Part shown: in pieces, positions 46,189 to 55,126 of the stretch
Position numbering within the stretch: position 1 is the stretch's first letter
How the letters are laid out: every line of letters begins with the position of its first letter
Source of the DNA: Dehalococcoidia bacterium
GTDB lineage: Bacteria > Chloroflexota > Dehalococcoidia > Lucifugimonadales > QGNO01
Direction of reading: 5' to 3'
Assembly (NCBI GenBank): GCA_965116555.1
Contig: OZ220698.1
Coordinates: 1,240,709 to 1,304,708, forward strand
DNA length: 64,000 bases
Notes under the pieces: model-generated
Databases searched by the model: none
The model's input: only the letters and a program-made list of their open reading frames with translations
What the model was told of the DNA's origin: nothing
Translations under genes and position numbers: made by a program

Positions 46189-47346
46189 GTGAAAGCCAAA
46201 GTCAAGAAAACTCTTATAGCCGCAATGGCCATCTCGGTTGTCCTGGTAACGTTGGCCGCTTGCGGAAGCAATACGAGACCGGCCAACGTCACCGTGGAGG
46301 TGCCGTCCGGCCGGAATCCCAACGTATCGGTGAGCGGCACTGTCACCTATGGGGAGCGGTTGGCTCTCTCTCCGGGAGCAAAGCTCGTGGTGGAACTGCG
46401 TGACGTGTCCTATGCAGACGCCGCGTCAACGCTTATCGCTCGCCAGACTATCTCCGACCCCGGACAGGTACCCGTCAAGTTCAAGGTAGAATACAACCGC
46501 GACGACGTCGACTCCCGAAACACTTACGCAGTTAGCGCCAAAATCATCGAATCGGACGGACGGCTCGCCTTCACCAACGATACGGCATACGATGTAATCA
46601 CCCGCGGCAATCCAGACAAGGTGGATATGCTCCTAGTGCTTGTGCAGCCCCCACCCGACCTCGTGGGAGAGGGTGTAGACTGGCGAACCTGGGTGGAGGT
46701 CCCGGCCCAAGTGATCTCGGCCAACCTGATACCGAACGAACCGGAACCCTTCCTCCGCATTGTCTACTACCAGTCCAATTTAGAAGGCTGCGCCAGGCCA
46801 GGCAGCCAGGATCTGAGGGTGGACGGCAACAAAATCATTGCCACCATAACGCTCATGCAGCCTCCCCCCACAGCATGGGCCATTCCCTGCGACGAGCAGT
46901 TGGTGGAACTCGACGCCGTTGAGCCGGTGGAGGCTTCGCTTGAGCCGGGCGAGACCTACCGCGTCATTGTCAACGACGTAGCAACCACATCCTTCAGTTT
47001 GCCAAGATCCCACCTTGGGCACACCATCATCGCCGAGTCGCCCATCGAGGGAGCGGAGATCATGGTATTGGAGAGCGCGCCGCCGCAGTACCAACTGCGC
47101 GTCGTCTCCGGTCTTTCAAGGGGAAGCGGCTGTTCTCAGGTCAACGGCTACGAAATCCGGCGAAGAGATTCGAATGAGATAGATGTGGTAGTCACGCACC
47201 ACGAGGTTGCCGACCAGCTAGTCTCCTGTACCGCCGACTTCCCCATAGTGGAGACCAGCGTTCCCCTCGGCTCGAGCTTTGAACCGGGTAAGAAGTACAC
47301 CATCCGTGTGAACTCGGACATCACCATATCGCTTGAACCCCAGTAG
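46189..47346 (+). CDS. lipoprotein with a YbaY/YscW-like N-domain and a duplicated ~100-aa two-Cys C-terminal domain
   Basis: 385 aa with a GTG start behind AGAGG. Lipobox TLAACGS. The stretch VSGTVTYGERLALSPGAKLVVELRDVSYADA...PVKFKVEY...YAVSAKI matches the YbaY-type pattern. Two internal repeats cover aa ~171-272 and ~280-384. Confidence 0.6.
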   Translation: MKAKVKKTLIAAMAISVVLVTLAACGSNTRPANVTVEVPSGRNPNVSVSGTVTYGERLALSPGAKLVVELRDVSYADAASTLIARQTISDPGQVPVKFKVEYNRDDVDSRNTYAVSAKIIESDGRLAFTNDTAYDVITRGNPDKVDMLLVLVQPPPDLVGEGVDWRTWVEVPAQVISANLIPNEPEPFLRIVYYQSNLEGCARPGSQDLRVDGNKIIATITLMQPPPTAWAIPCDEQLVELDAVEPVEASLEPGETYRVIVNDVATTSFSLPRSHLGHTIIAESPIEGAEIMVLESAPPQYQLRVVSGLSRGSGCSQVNGYEIRRRDSNEIDVVVTHHEVADQLVSCTADFPIVETSVPLGSSFEPGKKYTIRVNSDITISLEPQ

Positions 47347-47432
47347 GCGGATAGATGAATATCATGGCAAACGGCCAAGTGATTGACTCAGAGGGAGGGA
47401 CTCGTAGACGATCTTGGTGAAGACGTTATACG

Positions 47433-49424
47433 TTATTCAACAACCGGGGCTGCGTCTTGAGGGGCCCTCTCCCAGAGCCACTCCACACTCTCGTTGCGAG
47501 GGGTCTTGATGGACGGCCGGCCGTTCAGAATATGGTCCACGTAGCTGATGATGTCATTGGCGCAGATGCTGCAGTAGCCGTAGGAATTGGTCAGCCTGGA
47601 GTTGATGTTCCTCCATCGTTGCATCCAATCTACCCGCTGTCTAGAAGAGCGCGGCCGGGTAAGGTTCTTGCTGAGCTCATTCGGTGTGATGAGAATGCGC
47701 TTTTCTATGGCCTCCTTCAGGCGCGGTTCTGAGTCGTATTCCAGGGTCATTCCTCTGCTCTGCCAGGACTCCACGTGCTCGTGAATCTCACGCCGGAACG
47801 CATCCTTGTTGCGGTCGGTGATTCCAAGCACACGTTCCATCTCCCGCATGTCGCGCTCCCTTCCAGCCTCGGCACGGGTGGGCCTTCGGCCCTTGGAGGC
47901 GTCCTCCAAGTAAGAACTGAGGTCGGACAGATAGGACGCGAGCAAGTCCTTGGCCTTTGTCTCGAACCCATCTTCGTTTGCAATCCGTACTTCGCGAACC
48001 GCCAGGTCGTCGTACACCTGCACGGTGTCTGTGATCAGGGCAATCTTGGCCGCGATGTCGGCATCGTACCCCACGTTCTCACCCAGGCCCTCCCATAAAC
48101 TACTCAGGGCTACAAATGGCGTAATGCAACGAATGTTGGGATCACTAGCGGCAGCATCAATGCGGTTCATCACGTACCTAGGTGATATTCCGGTCATTCC
48201 CTCCATGGGGTGTCGACGCTGCATATCGCGCACTGTCTGACTGGAGAAGTTGGAGACAACATGGCCGTCATAGAGATTCAGCTTGTCCAGCAGCGACATC
48301 CCCTGGCGGTCGGGCGGGTCCAGTCGCGCCAGAACGGAGAACGCGCTCGCCACCTGTAGGGTCAGAGGAGCTATGTGTGCGTCTCCCATATTGCTCATCT
48401 TGAGCATCTTCCTGTAGATCTTGACCTCTTCGCTGACCTTCAAGTTGTAGGGGATCTGGATAGCTATGATGCGGTCCTTGAGAGCCTCGGAGCTCTTGTC
48501 TTTTGAGAATTCGTCGAAATCTCCCTGGTTGGAGTGCCCCACTATGACTTCGTCGGCGTATACGGAGCCGAACTTCTCCATCTTGATGCTCTGCTCCTGC
48601 GCCAGGCCGAGTAGAGCGGTGAGGAGATGTTTGTCCGCCTTGAACATCTCAATAAGCTCGATCATGCCCCGGTTGGCGACGTTGAACTCCCCGTCTAGCC
48701 TGAACGCCTTCCCCGCCACCTCAAGACGATCGCCCTCGAGCTGGTCCGTATTAACACTCCCGACCAGCAGGGACGAGTCGGATGGGTTGGGGTTGTTGGC
48801 CACAAAGCAGCCAATGCCAATTGCCTCTTGCTCTGAAAACGTCACTCGCTCCACTGGAACATCCGCATACCGGCCTTGGTACTCGGTCCTCACCAGGTAG
48901 CGGCACCGGGGGCAGAGGTCGCCCTCCACGTAGATGCCGTACTGGTCGTAGATCTGGGGCCTAAGCCTCTTGGGGATCAGATGCAGGGGCTCCTCCTGCA
49001 TCGGGCATCCCTTGATGGCATAGACAGCGCCCTTGTCTGTCCTGGAGTGGGCCTCCATGGCGCGCTTTATCAGATCCACAACGGTGGACTTGCCACTGGC
49101 CGGAGGGCCTAGGAGCAGGAGTATCCGCTTGCGCACCTCGAACCTCTGTGCGGAAGCCGCAAAGTACTGAGCTATGCGATCCAGCGGCTCCTCCAGCCCA
49201 AATATCTGGTCCTGGAACAGGCCGTAAGTGCGAACTCCCTGGGGGGTCGCGTCTGAACCATTGGACACAATGGCGTCGTAGATGTAGGCGTGGGAGAGGC
49301 GGCTCTTCAAGGGGTCGCTGACTACAAGGCGGAGATACTCCTCAAAGGTCCCCTCCCAGGAGTACCTGTCAGCCTCGCTCTGGGCCTCGGATATGATGGA
49401 CTGGATAGTAATTTCGTTTGTCAT
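47433..49424 (-). CDS. prkA: PrkA-family AAA+ serine protein kinase
   Basis: ORF to 49481. The preferred start is the ATG at 49422-49424 (MTNEITIQSI). Walker A LLLLGPPASGKST. The length and sequence pattern are those of PrkA/YeaG. Confidence 0.85.
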   Translation of the reverse strand: MTNEITIQSIISEAQSEADRYSWEGTFEEYLRLVVSDPLKSRLSHAYIYDAIVSNGSDATPQGVRTYGLFQDQIFGLEEPLDRIAQYFAASAQRFEVRKRILLLLGPPASGKSTVVDLIKRAMEAHSRTDKGAVYAIKGCPMQEEPLHLIPKRLRPQIYDQYGIYVEGDLCPRCRYLVRTEYQGRYADVPVERVTFSEQEAIGIGCFVANNPNPSDSSLLVGSVNTDQLEGDRLEVAGKAFRLDGEFNVANRGMIELIEMFKADKHLLTALLGLAQEQSIKMEKFGSVYADEVIVGHSNQGDFDEFSKDKSSEALKDRIIAIQIPYNLKVSEEVKIYRKMLKMSNMGDAHIAPLTLQVASAFSVLARLDPPDRQGMSLLDKLNLYDGHVVSNFSSQTVRDMQRRHPMEGMTGISPRYVMNRIDAAASDPNIRCITPFVALSSLWEGLGENVGYDADIAAKIALITDTVQVYDDLAVREVRIANEDGFETKAKDLLASYLSDLSSYLEDASKGRRPTRAEAGRERDMREMERVLGITDRNKDAFRREIHEHVESWQSRGMTLEYDSEPRLKEAIEKRILITPNELSKNLTRPRSSRQRVDWMQRWRNINSRLTNSYGYCSICANDIISYVDHILNGRPSIKTPRNESVEWLWERAPQDAAPVVE

Positions 49425-49560
49425 AGCTTCCTGTATACACCATCCAATTAAGCCAGGCTTGCTGAATGGCGCAGACCGCACCGGCCTCGGCGCAAGCTCA
49501 GATGGGTCTCCCAGACCCTCGGGTTTGCTTTAGGGAGTCCCTACGGAGAGGCCAACTCAA

Positions 49561-50121
49561 CTACGAGATGACAGACGTGAGCGCCCAGAGGCCCACCAGT
49601 CCGGTTACGGAGCCGCCGAAGAGCATGAACCAGCCCGTGACTAGCCTCAGAGTTTGTAGCTCAAAGCTATAGTAGAAGAATGCGATCGCAGAGACGATGG
49701 TGAGCATGAACGGCACGGACGACATTGCGAGCCATATGCCAAGGGAGTGCTCGAACACACCGTTTTCAGCCATCGCCAGCGCGAATATGAGAAAGACTAC
49801 CAGGGAGGCGATGGAAAGAAAGAGGCTGTAGAAGCCTATGGCGCGCGGGTCCGTGTCCCAAATGCTCTGTACTCCAACACCCAGGGAGTAGATTGCCCAG
49901 AGGGCAATGAACGCTGTCAGTGCGGTAACCAGCTCCGTCGAACCTTCGCCGGATATCAAGGTTGGCGTAATGGTGGTGCCAAACATGACAGTGCCTAGGG
50001 TCAACAGACCGAGCCCCGTGGCAAACACGCCCACAGTCCGACCTTCGGAGTACAGCCCAAGCACGTGCCAAGATTGTGAGAATATAACTGCGCCTATCAG
50101 AAGAAAGAAAATACCTTCCAT
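49561..50121 (-). CDS. AmiS/UreI-family six-TM channel-like membrane protein
   Basis: 186 aa with about 6 TM segments. The N-terminus FFLLIGAVIFSQS..LG and the central DPRAIGFYSLFLSIAS resemble UreI (recalled as ...WYSLFVAIN...). This is an assignment from memory of the family. Confidence 0.5.
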   Translation of the reverse strand: MEGIFFLLIGAVIFSQSWHVLGLYSEGRTVGVFATGLGLLTLGTVMFGTTITPTLISGEGSTELVTALTAFIALWAIYSLGVGVQSIWDTDPRAIGFYSLFLSIASLVVFLIFALAMAENGVFEHSLGIWLAMSSVPFMLTIVSAIAFFYYSFELQTLRLVTGWFMLFGGSVTGLVGLWALTSVIS

Positions 50122-50388
50122 GAGCCCTTATCCTCCAGCTAGGATATAACTAGATGATCATCACAGTTGCCTTACGACAACGCTGAGATCAACCGAGCTA
50201 ACGTGCATTATTCTAATAGAGACTCTACAAATTGTCGAACAGCCTGCAGGACTGAGAAGACACCTTGATCACGCACACCCTCTGGCGATTGCTTGAACCC
50301 GGCCACGTGGGCGCACACTGAGCGACCTCAGCGTCAGATAAGAGACGGGGTGCTGTTCTGGAGCGCGAGCTCGGATTCCTTAGAGATG

Positions 50389-52263
50389 TCACTTTTCCCG
50401 GTCAGGAAAGAAAGCAGACTTAAGCTGCTCGGCTATGCCCTTGGCGTCTATCTGCAAGCGCCGCCTCTGGTCCGCCGCGGTGCCGTGCTCTATGAACGAA
50501 TCGGGCATCCCAATGCGGTGAACCGCGGTATCCTCCATTCCCGCCGCGGCTAGAGCCTCCAGCACCGCCGATCCGAAACCACCGGCAAGGACATTTTCCT
50601 CTACCGTGACTATTCGTCCGGTTGCACGTGCGGCATCCAGGAGTAAACCGATGTCGAGCGGCTTCACGAAAATCGGGTTCACAACTCCGCAGGAAATCCC
50701 GCATTCGTCAAGCATTTCAGCAGCCTCCATAGCGGCTGTAAGCGACTTGCCCAAACCGAATATAACTACGTCCCGCCCCTCCCGTATCACAGAGCCTCTG
50801 CCAATGGGCAGCTCTCTGAGTTCCTCTTCCATTGGCACCCCTACTGCCTCCCCTCTGGCTATGCGAATAGCAAATGGGCCTGCGTGTTTGTAAGAGGTGT
50901 AGACAAGGTGCTGTAACTCGTTTTCATCCTTAGGCGCGGCCAGGACTATGTTGGGAAGACAACGGATGTATGAGATGTCAAATGCGCCATGGTGCGTTTT
51001 GCCGTCCTCTCCAACTATCCCTGCCCTATCCGCGATGAGGGTCACAGGGAGGTTCTGTAAACAGACGTCGTGGACTATCTGGTCGAATGAGCGCTGGAGA
51101 AACGTCGAGTAAATTGACACGAAGGGCTTGACTCCAGTGGATGCCAAACCAGCCGCCAAACTGACTGCGTGCTGCTCCGCAATTCCAACATCGAAGACCC
51201 TATCAGGGAACTCCTGCTGGACACTGGCCAGTCCCGTACCTTCAAGCATGGCCGCGCTTATGCCCACGACCGACTCGTCCTCCCGCATGATCCGCGTGAT
51301 CGTTTCAGCAAATACCTTAGAGTAGGTTGGCGCGCCGGAGCCGCTGCCCAACGGGGAGCTTGGTTGATGGAACTTGACCGGATCGTCCTCTGCAGGCTCA
51401 TAGCCATGTCCCTTATGGGTCACTACGTGAACCAACGGTACAAGTCCGGTACGGCTCCTGGCCTGTCGGAGTGTTTGCTCAAGTTGCCTGAAGTCATGTC
51501 CATCAATTGGGCCAAGATACTGGAAACCCATCTCGGTCCAGAACATCGTGGGAACGGTAAGACCCGCCAGTGCCGTATTGAATCTTTTGACAAGGCTGTA
51601 TATCAAATCGCCTGTGGGTACCCTCTTGGATAGCGCCTTCATCCGATTCACCATTGCCTGATACTCCGGGTGAGTGATCAGGCGCTTGCGCCAGTTGGTC
51701 AAGAACCCAATGTTCTCTGAGATGGACATGCCGTTGTCGTTCAGGATGACGATGAATTTCTCGGGGTTGAAATGCACAATGTTGTTCAACGCCTCAAAGC
51801 TAGAGCCTGAGGTCATAGCGCCATCACCGACAATTGCTATAGTCCATGAGTCCAGTTTGCGATTCGCGGTACCCTGGGCGATTCCGAGCGCAATCGAGAG
51901 TCCGGTCCCGGCGTGTCCCGCAGCCATCGTGTCATGCGGACTCTCTTTAGGCTCGCCAAACCCTGACAGACCTCCTTCCAGCCGGATGTCCTTGAATTCG
52001 TCACGCCTTCCGGTCACCAACTTGTGTGTGTACATCTGGTTGGTGGTATCCCACACTATCCTGTCGGCTGGGCTGTCAAAAACGCGGTGTAGCGCCAGCG
52101 TAAGTTCCACAACTCCCAGATTGGAAGCCAGGTGCCCTCCACGCTCAGTTATGACAGAGATAATGGTGTCCCGCACTTCCTGTGCCACCTGCGCCAGTTC
52201 TTCATGGCTTAAGGGCTTGAGGTCGCTAGGCTTATCTATCTGGTCCAGAAGGTAGTCAGTCAT
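50389..52263 (-). CDS. dxs: 1-deoxy-D-xylulose-5-phosphate synthase family protein (divergent N-terminal active-site motif)
   Basis: 624 aa. Contains GGHLASNLGVVELT, the ThDP motif GDGAMTSG...ILNDNGMSIS, GIAEQHAV and DRAGIVGEDGKTHHGAFD. It reads WDTTNQMYTHK where typical DXS has WDVGHQAYPHK. Confidence 0.8.
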   Translation of the reverse strand: MTDYLLDQIDKPSDLKPLSHEELAQVAQEVRDTIISVITERGGHLASNLGVVELTLALHRVFDSPADRIVWDTTNQMYTHKLVTGRRDEFKDIRLEGGLSGFGEPKESPHDTMAAGHAGTGLSIALGIAQGTANRKLDSWTIAIVGDGAMTSGSSFEALNNIVHFNPEKFIVILNDNGMSISENIGFLTNWRKRLITHPEYQAMVNRMKALSKRVPTGDLIYSLVKRFNTALAGLTVPTMFWTEMGFQYLGPIDGHDFRQLEQTLRQARSRTGLVPLVHVVTHKGHGYEPAEDDPVKFHQPSSPLGSGSGAPTYSKVFAETITRIMREDESVVGISAAMLEGTGLASVQQEFPDRVFDVGIAEQHAVSLAAGLASTGVKPFVSIYSTFLQRSFDQIVHDVCLQNLPVTLIADRAGIVGEDGKTHHGAFDISYIRCLPNIVLAAPKDENELQHLVYTSYKHAGPFAIRIARGEAVGVPMEEELRELPIGRGSVIREGRDVVIFGLGKSLTAAMEAAEMLDECGISCGVVNPIFVKPLDIGLLLDAARATGRIVTVEENVLAGGFGSAVLEALAAAGMEDTAVHRIGMPDSFIEHGTAADQRRRLQIDAKGIAEQLKSAFFPDREK

Positions 52264-52484
52264 GTAGGTAACTCCTCAGGTTCTATCACTATCATACATC
52301 GACTTTATTCCCTGATTCCGCGGAAGCAAGAAGGTAGTGTCTTCTTCAACCTCGTCTATGGTCGCGGCTTCAGCCGGCGCTATTGAGCTTATCATATCCT
52401 AGCTTCTTCAATGGTCTACGGTCTATCACAGTGACGGTCTATCTCTCGTCGAATGAATTCTGAAGCTCCACTAGGAGAAACTGG

Positions 52485-53714
52485 CTAGATAACCCCATGT
52501 CTCCTGAGCATGACCAGATCATCTTGGGGCACGCCCATTTCCTCACAAAAGATCTCCTTGTTGTGCTGCCCCAGTAGCGGAGCGGGAACACGCAGGCTGT
52601 ATGGGCTCTTCGGGAGCTTGTAAATCTCGCCCGGCATCTTGAGCTTGCCCACAACCGGATGCTCAATGTAGGAATAGAACCCTCTTTCGTCTAGATGAGG
52701 ACATCCGGACAGGTCCTCCGACGTCTGGACTACCGCGGACACCCAGCTGTTTGATGCCGTGTGCGAAAAATAATCGAACTTGTTCCACTCCTTCAAGATG
52801 GAAAGCAGTGCGTCATCCAGTTCCTTGGGGAACTCGTTTGGCTGTTGAGGGTGTGCCTCTTGCAAGGGAGCAAGTTCGGGATGCCCCAGCAGCTCCACGT
52901 ACTCTGCGAAGTTACCTGGCCGTTGAGTGCCGCGCTGAAACGTGGCGCCAACATACCCATCCTTAACGGGGACAACACCCTGGAAGTGGGGGCCAGCCTT
53001 AGCGGAACCGGCCTCTTTCTTAGGCGCTCGTCTTTCTATAGCTCCCGTATAGATGTACTTGTTAGGCGGGCTAACGTGATGCGCGGCCATAACCTCCATC
53101 AGAGAAACGTCAATCTGCTGGCCCTTGCCGCTCTTCCCCCTCCAATAGAGGGCGGCGGAAGTAGCATAGGCAGCCGTGATGCCGCCAATATAAAGGCTCT
53201 GAGGATGACCGTGGCCCAGCGGCTCGCGGTCGTACGCGCCGCTGGTATACATCACTCCGCCTAGAGCCTCGTATACGATGGGGCTCCCAAGGAACTCGCG
53301 GTACGGGCCTGTCTGGCCAAACGGCGTCACGGAAGTCATCACTAGACCGGGATTATGGGTTTCCAGTTGAGTGTAGCCCAGCCCCAGGGAGTCCAAATAG
53401 CCAGGAGGGTAGCTCTCTACAACTGCATCTGCGCTCTTGACCATCTCAATGAGGAGTGCGCGTCCGGCGGCACACTCAAGGTTCAACGTGACTCCCCTTT
53501 TGTTGGCGTTGAGATACAGAAACTGCAAGCTCTTTTCTCGGTCGGGCGTGTCTGAGAAGAACGGCCCAGACCCCCGAGATGCATCGCCAACTCCGGGGGT
53601 CTCTACCTTGACGACCTCCGACCCATAGTCTGCAAGGAGCCGGGCGCAAAATGGACCCGCTATATGGGAGGACAGATCGATGATGCGAAATGCGGAGAGA
53701 GGTCCTTGTGGCAT
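52485..53714 (-). CDS. family III CoA-transferase (CaiB/BaiF family)
   Basis: 409 aa. The N-terminal motif FRIIDLSSHIAGPFCARLLADYGSEVVKVE is typical of the family. Confidence 0.8.
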   Translation of the reverse strand: MPQGPLSAFRIIDLSSHIAGPFCARLLADYGSEVVKVETPGVGDASRGSGPFFSDTPDREKSLQFLYLNANKRGVTLNLECAAGRALLIEMVKSADAVVESYPPGYLDSLGLGYTQLETHNPGLVMTSVTPFGQTGPYREFLGSPIVYEALGGVMYTSGAYDREPLGHGHPQSLYIGGITAAYATSAALYWRGKSGKGQQIDVSLMEVMAAHHVSPPNKYIYTGAIERRAPKKEAGSAKAGPHFQGVVPVKDGYVGATFQRGTQRPGNFAEYVELLGHPELAPLQEAHPQQPNEFPKELDDALLSILKEWNKFDYFSHTASNSWVSAVVQTSEDLSGCPHLDERGFYSYIEHPVVGKLKMPGEIYKLPKSPYSLRVPAPLLGQHNKEIFCEEMGVPQDDLVMLRRHGVI

Positions 53715-53715
53715 T

Positions 53716-55074
53716 CTACTCCAGTCCTAGAGCCTTCTTGTAGTCGGCATCGTGGCCTACCAGGAGGCCGGACTCGATGTCCGCATCAAGCCTGGAACGT
53801 TTGACTGGTTGAGGAGTGGGCACCGGGTGCGTACCAATGGCTCCCAATTCGTACAGCTGGTCTATTCGTTGAGGCTGCAAACCCAACAGGTCGGTTAGGA
53901 TTAGGTCATTATGGGCTCCCAGAGAGGGCGCAGGCCGCCGAATATAACTTTCGGTCTTGGACATCTTCCAAGGCCTGCCCAAGTGGGCCCTCTTCCCGAC
54001 GCCTAGCTCTGCCGGGTAGGAGATATCTTCATAAAGGCCCCTGGCCTTGACGTGATCGTTGGTAAGCACCTCTTTAGCGTTCAACACGGCGCCGGCCGGC
54101 ACCCCGTACCCTTGAAGGATTGCCATCAGCTCTAGGTGCTCATAGTTCTTCGTCCATTCGCTGGTGTGACGATTCAGGCTTTCTTGGTGCCGCGATCTGG
54201 ACAGTACGTCGGCATACCGGTCATCCTCTGCCCAATCGGGATGTCCCATGGCCTGGCGCAAGGAGTCCCACTGCGCATCATCAGTAACGGAAATGGCTAT
54301 CCATTTATCGTCCCCTTTGCACCTGAACACCCCATGCGGCGAGAAGTGGGGATGACGGTTGCCCATCAGCTTACCGCTGCGTTCATTGGCCTGATAATCC
54401 AGGATTGAATCACCTACCGTAGAGGCGGCCAACTGATACATCGAGTAGTCAACCCATTGGCCTTCGCCCGTTTTGTTTCGATGGTGGAGAGCGGAAAGGA
54501 TCGCGAAGACCGCCATCCAGCCGTTGGGCGGATCAAACCACGCCTGTCCGACCCGCCTGGGACCATCTTCCGGATAGCCGGTGAACTGGCTGACTCCGCC
54601 GGTCAACTCAAACATGCGGCCGATGCCTTGATAGTTCCTCCAAGGGCCGGTTTGACCAAAGCCTGAGAAGGAGAAGTAGACTAGATGAGGGTTGATCTTT
54701 CGCAGTGTTTCGTACCCAAGGCCCAGACGCTCCATGACGCCCGGCCGGTTGTTTTCCGCTAGGACATCGCTAACCCTGACAAGGTCCTTGAACAGTTCCA
54801 CCGCCTCTTCCACTTTGAGGTCAAGGGTAATGCCATATTTGCCTCTGTGCAGCTGATGAAAGCTTCCGTCCCTGTTCCACGGCTCGTGGCCGGGCTCTCC
54901 GTCCGGGTACACTCCTTGACCGCCCCTGCTACGGGTGTGGCTCTCCACCTTGATGACCTGAGCTCCCATATCGGACAGCACATACATGGCGGTAGGCATT
55001 GCCATTACGCTGGTTGCGTCGACAATGCGAACCCCTGACAGCAAACCGCTCTCCGGTTCCAACTCTAGGCTCAT
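53716..55074 (-). CDS. family III CoA-transferase (CaiB/BaiF family), second paralogue
   Basis: 452 aa. Contains VRIVDATSVMAMPTAMYVLSDMGAQVIKVE. Lies 1 nt upstream of the next CoA-transferase gene. Confidence 0.8.
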   Translation of the reverse strand: MSLELEPESGLLSGVRIVDATSVMAMPTAMYVLSDMGAQVIKVESHTRSRGGQGVYPDGEPGHEPWNRDGSFHQLHRGKYGITLDLKVEEAVELFKDLVRVSDVLAENNRPGVMERLGLGYETLRKINPHLVYFSFSGFGQTGPWRNYQGIGRMFELTGGVSQFTGYPEDGPRRVGQAWFDPPNGWMAVFAILSALHHRNKTGEGQWVDYSMYQLAASTVGDSILDYQANERSGKLMGNRHPHFSPHGVFRCKGDDKWIAISVTDDAQWDSLRQAMGHPDWAEDDRYADVLSRSRHQESLNRHTSEWTKNYEHLELMAILQGYGVPAGAVLNAKEVLTNDHVKARGLYEDISYPAELGVGKRAHLGRPWKMSKTESYIRRPAPSLGAHNDLILTDLLGLQPQRIDQLYELGAIGTHPVPTPQPVKRSRLDADIESGLLVGHDADYKKALGLE

Positions 55075-55126
55075 AGTCTCACCTGCTATACTTTTGACTC
55101 GCTCCGACGTCTCGACCGTTTAGTCT

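Noticed and set aside
47433-49424. The PrkA AAA+ kinase might mark a phage-defence island.
   Set aside because: The sequence pattern is the housekeeping PrkA/YeaG type. The neighbours are a lipoprotein gene, a small channel-like protein and dxs. No defence-associated genes are nearby.
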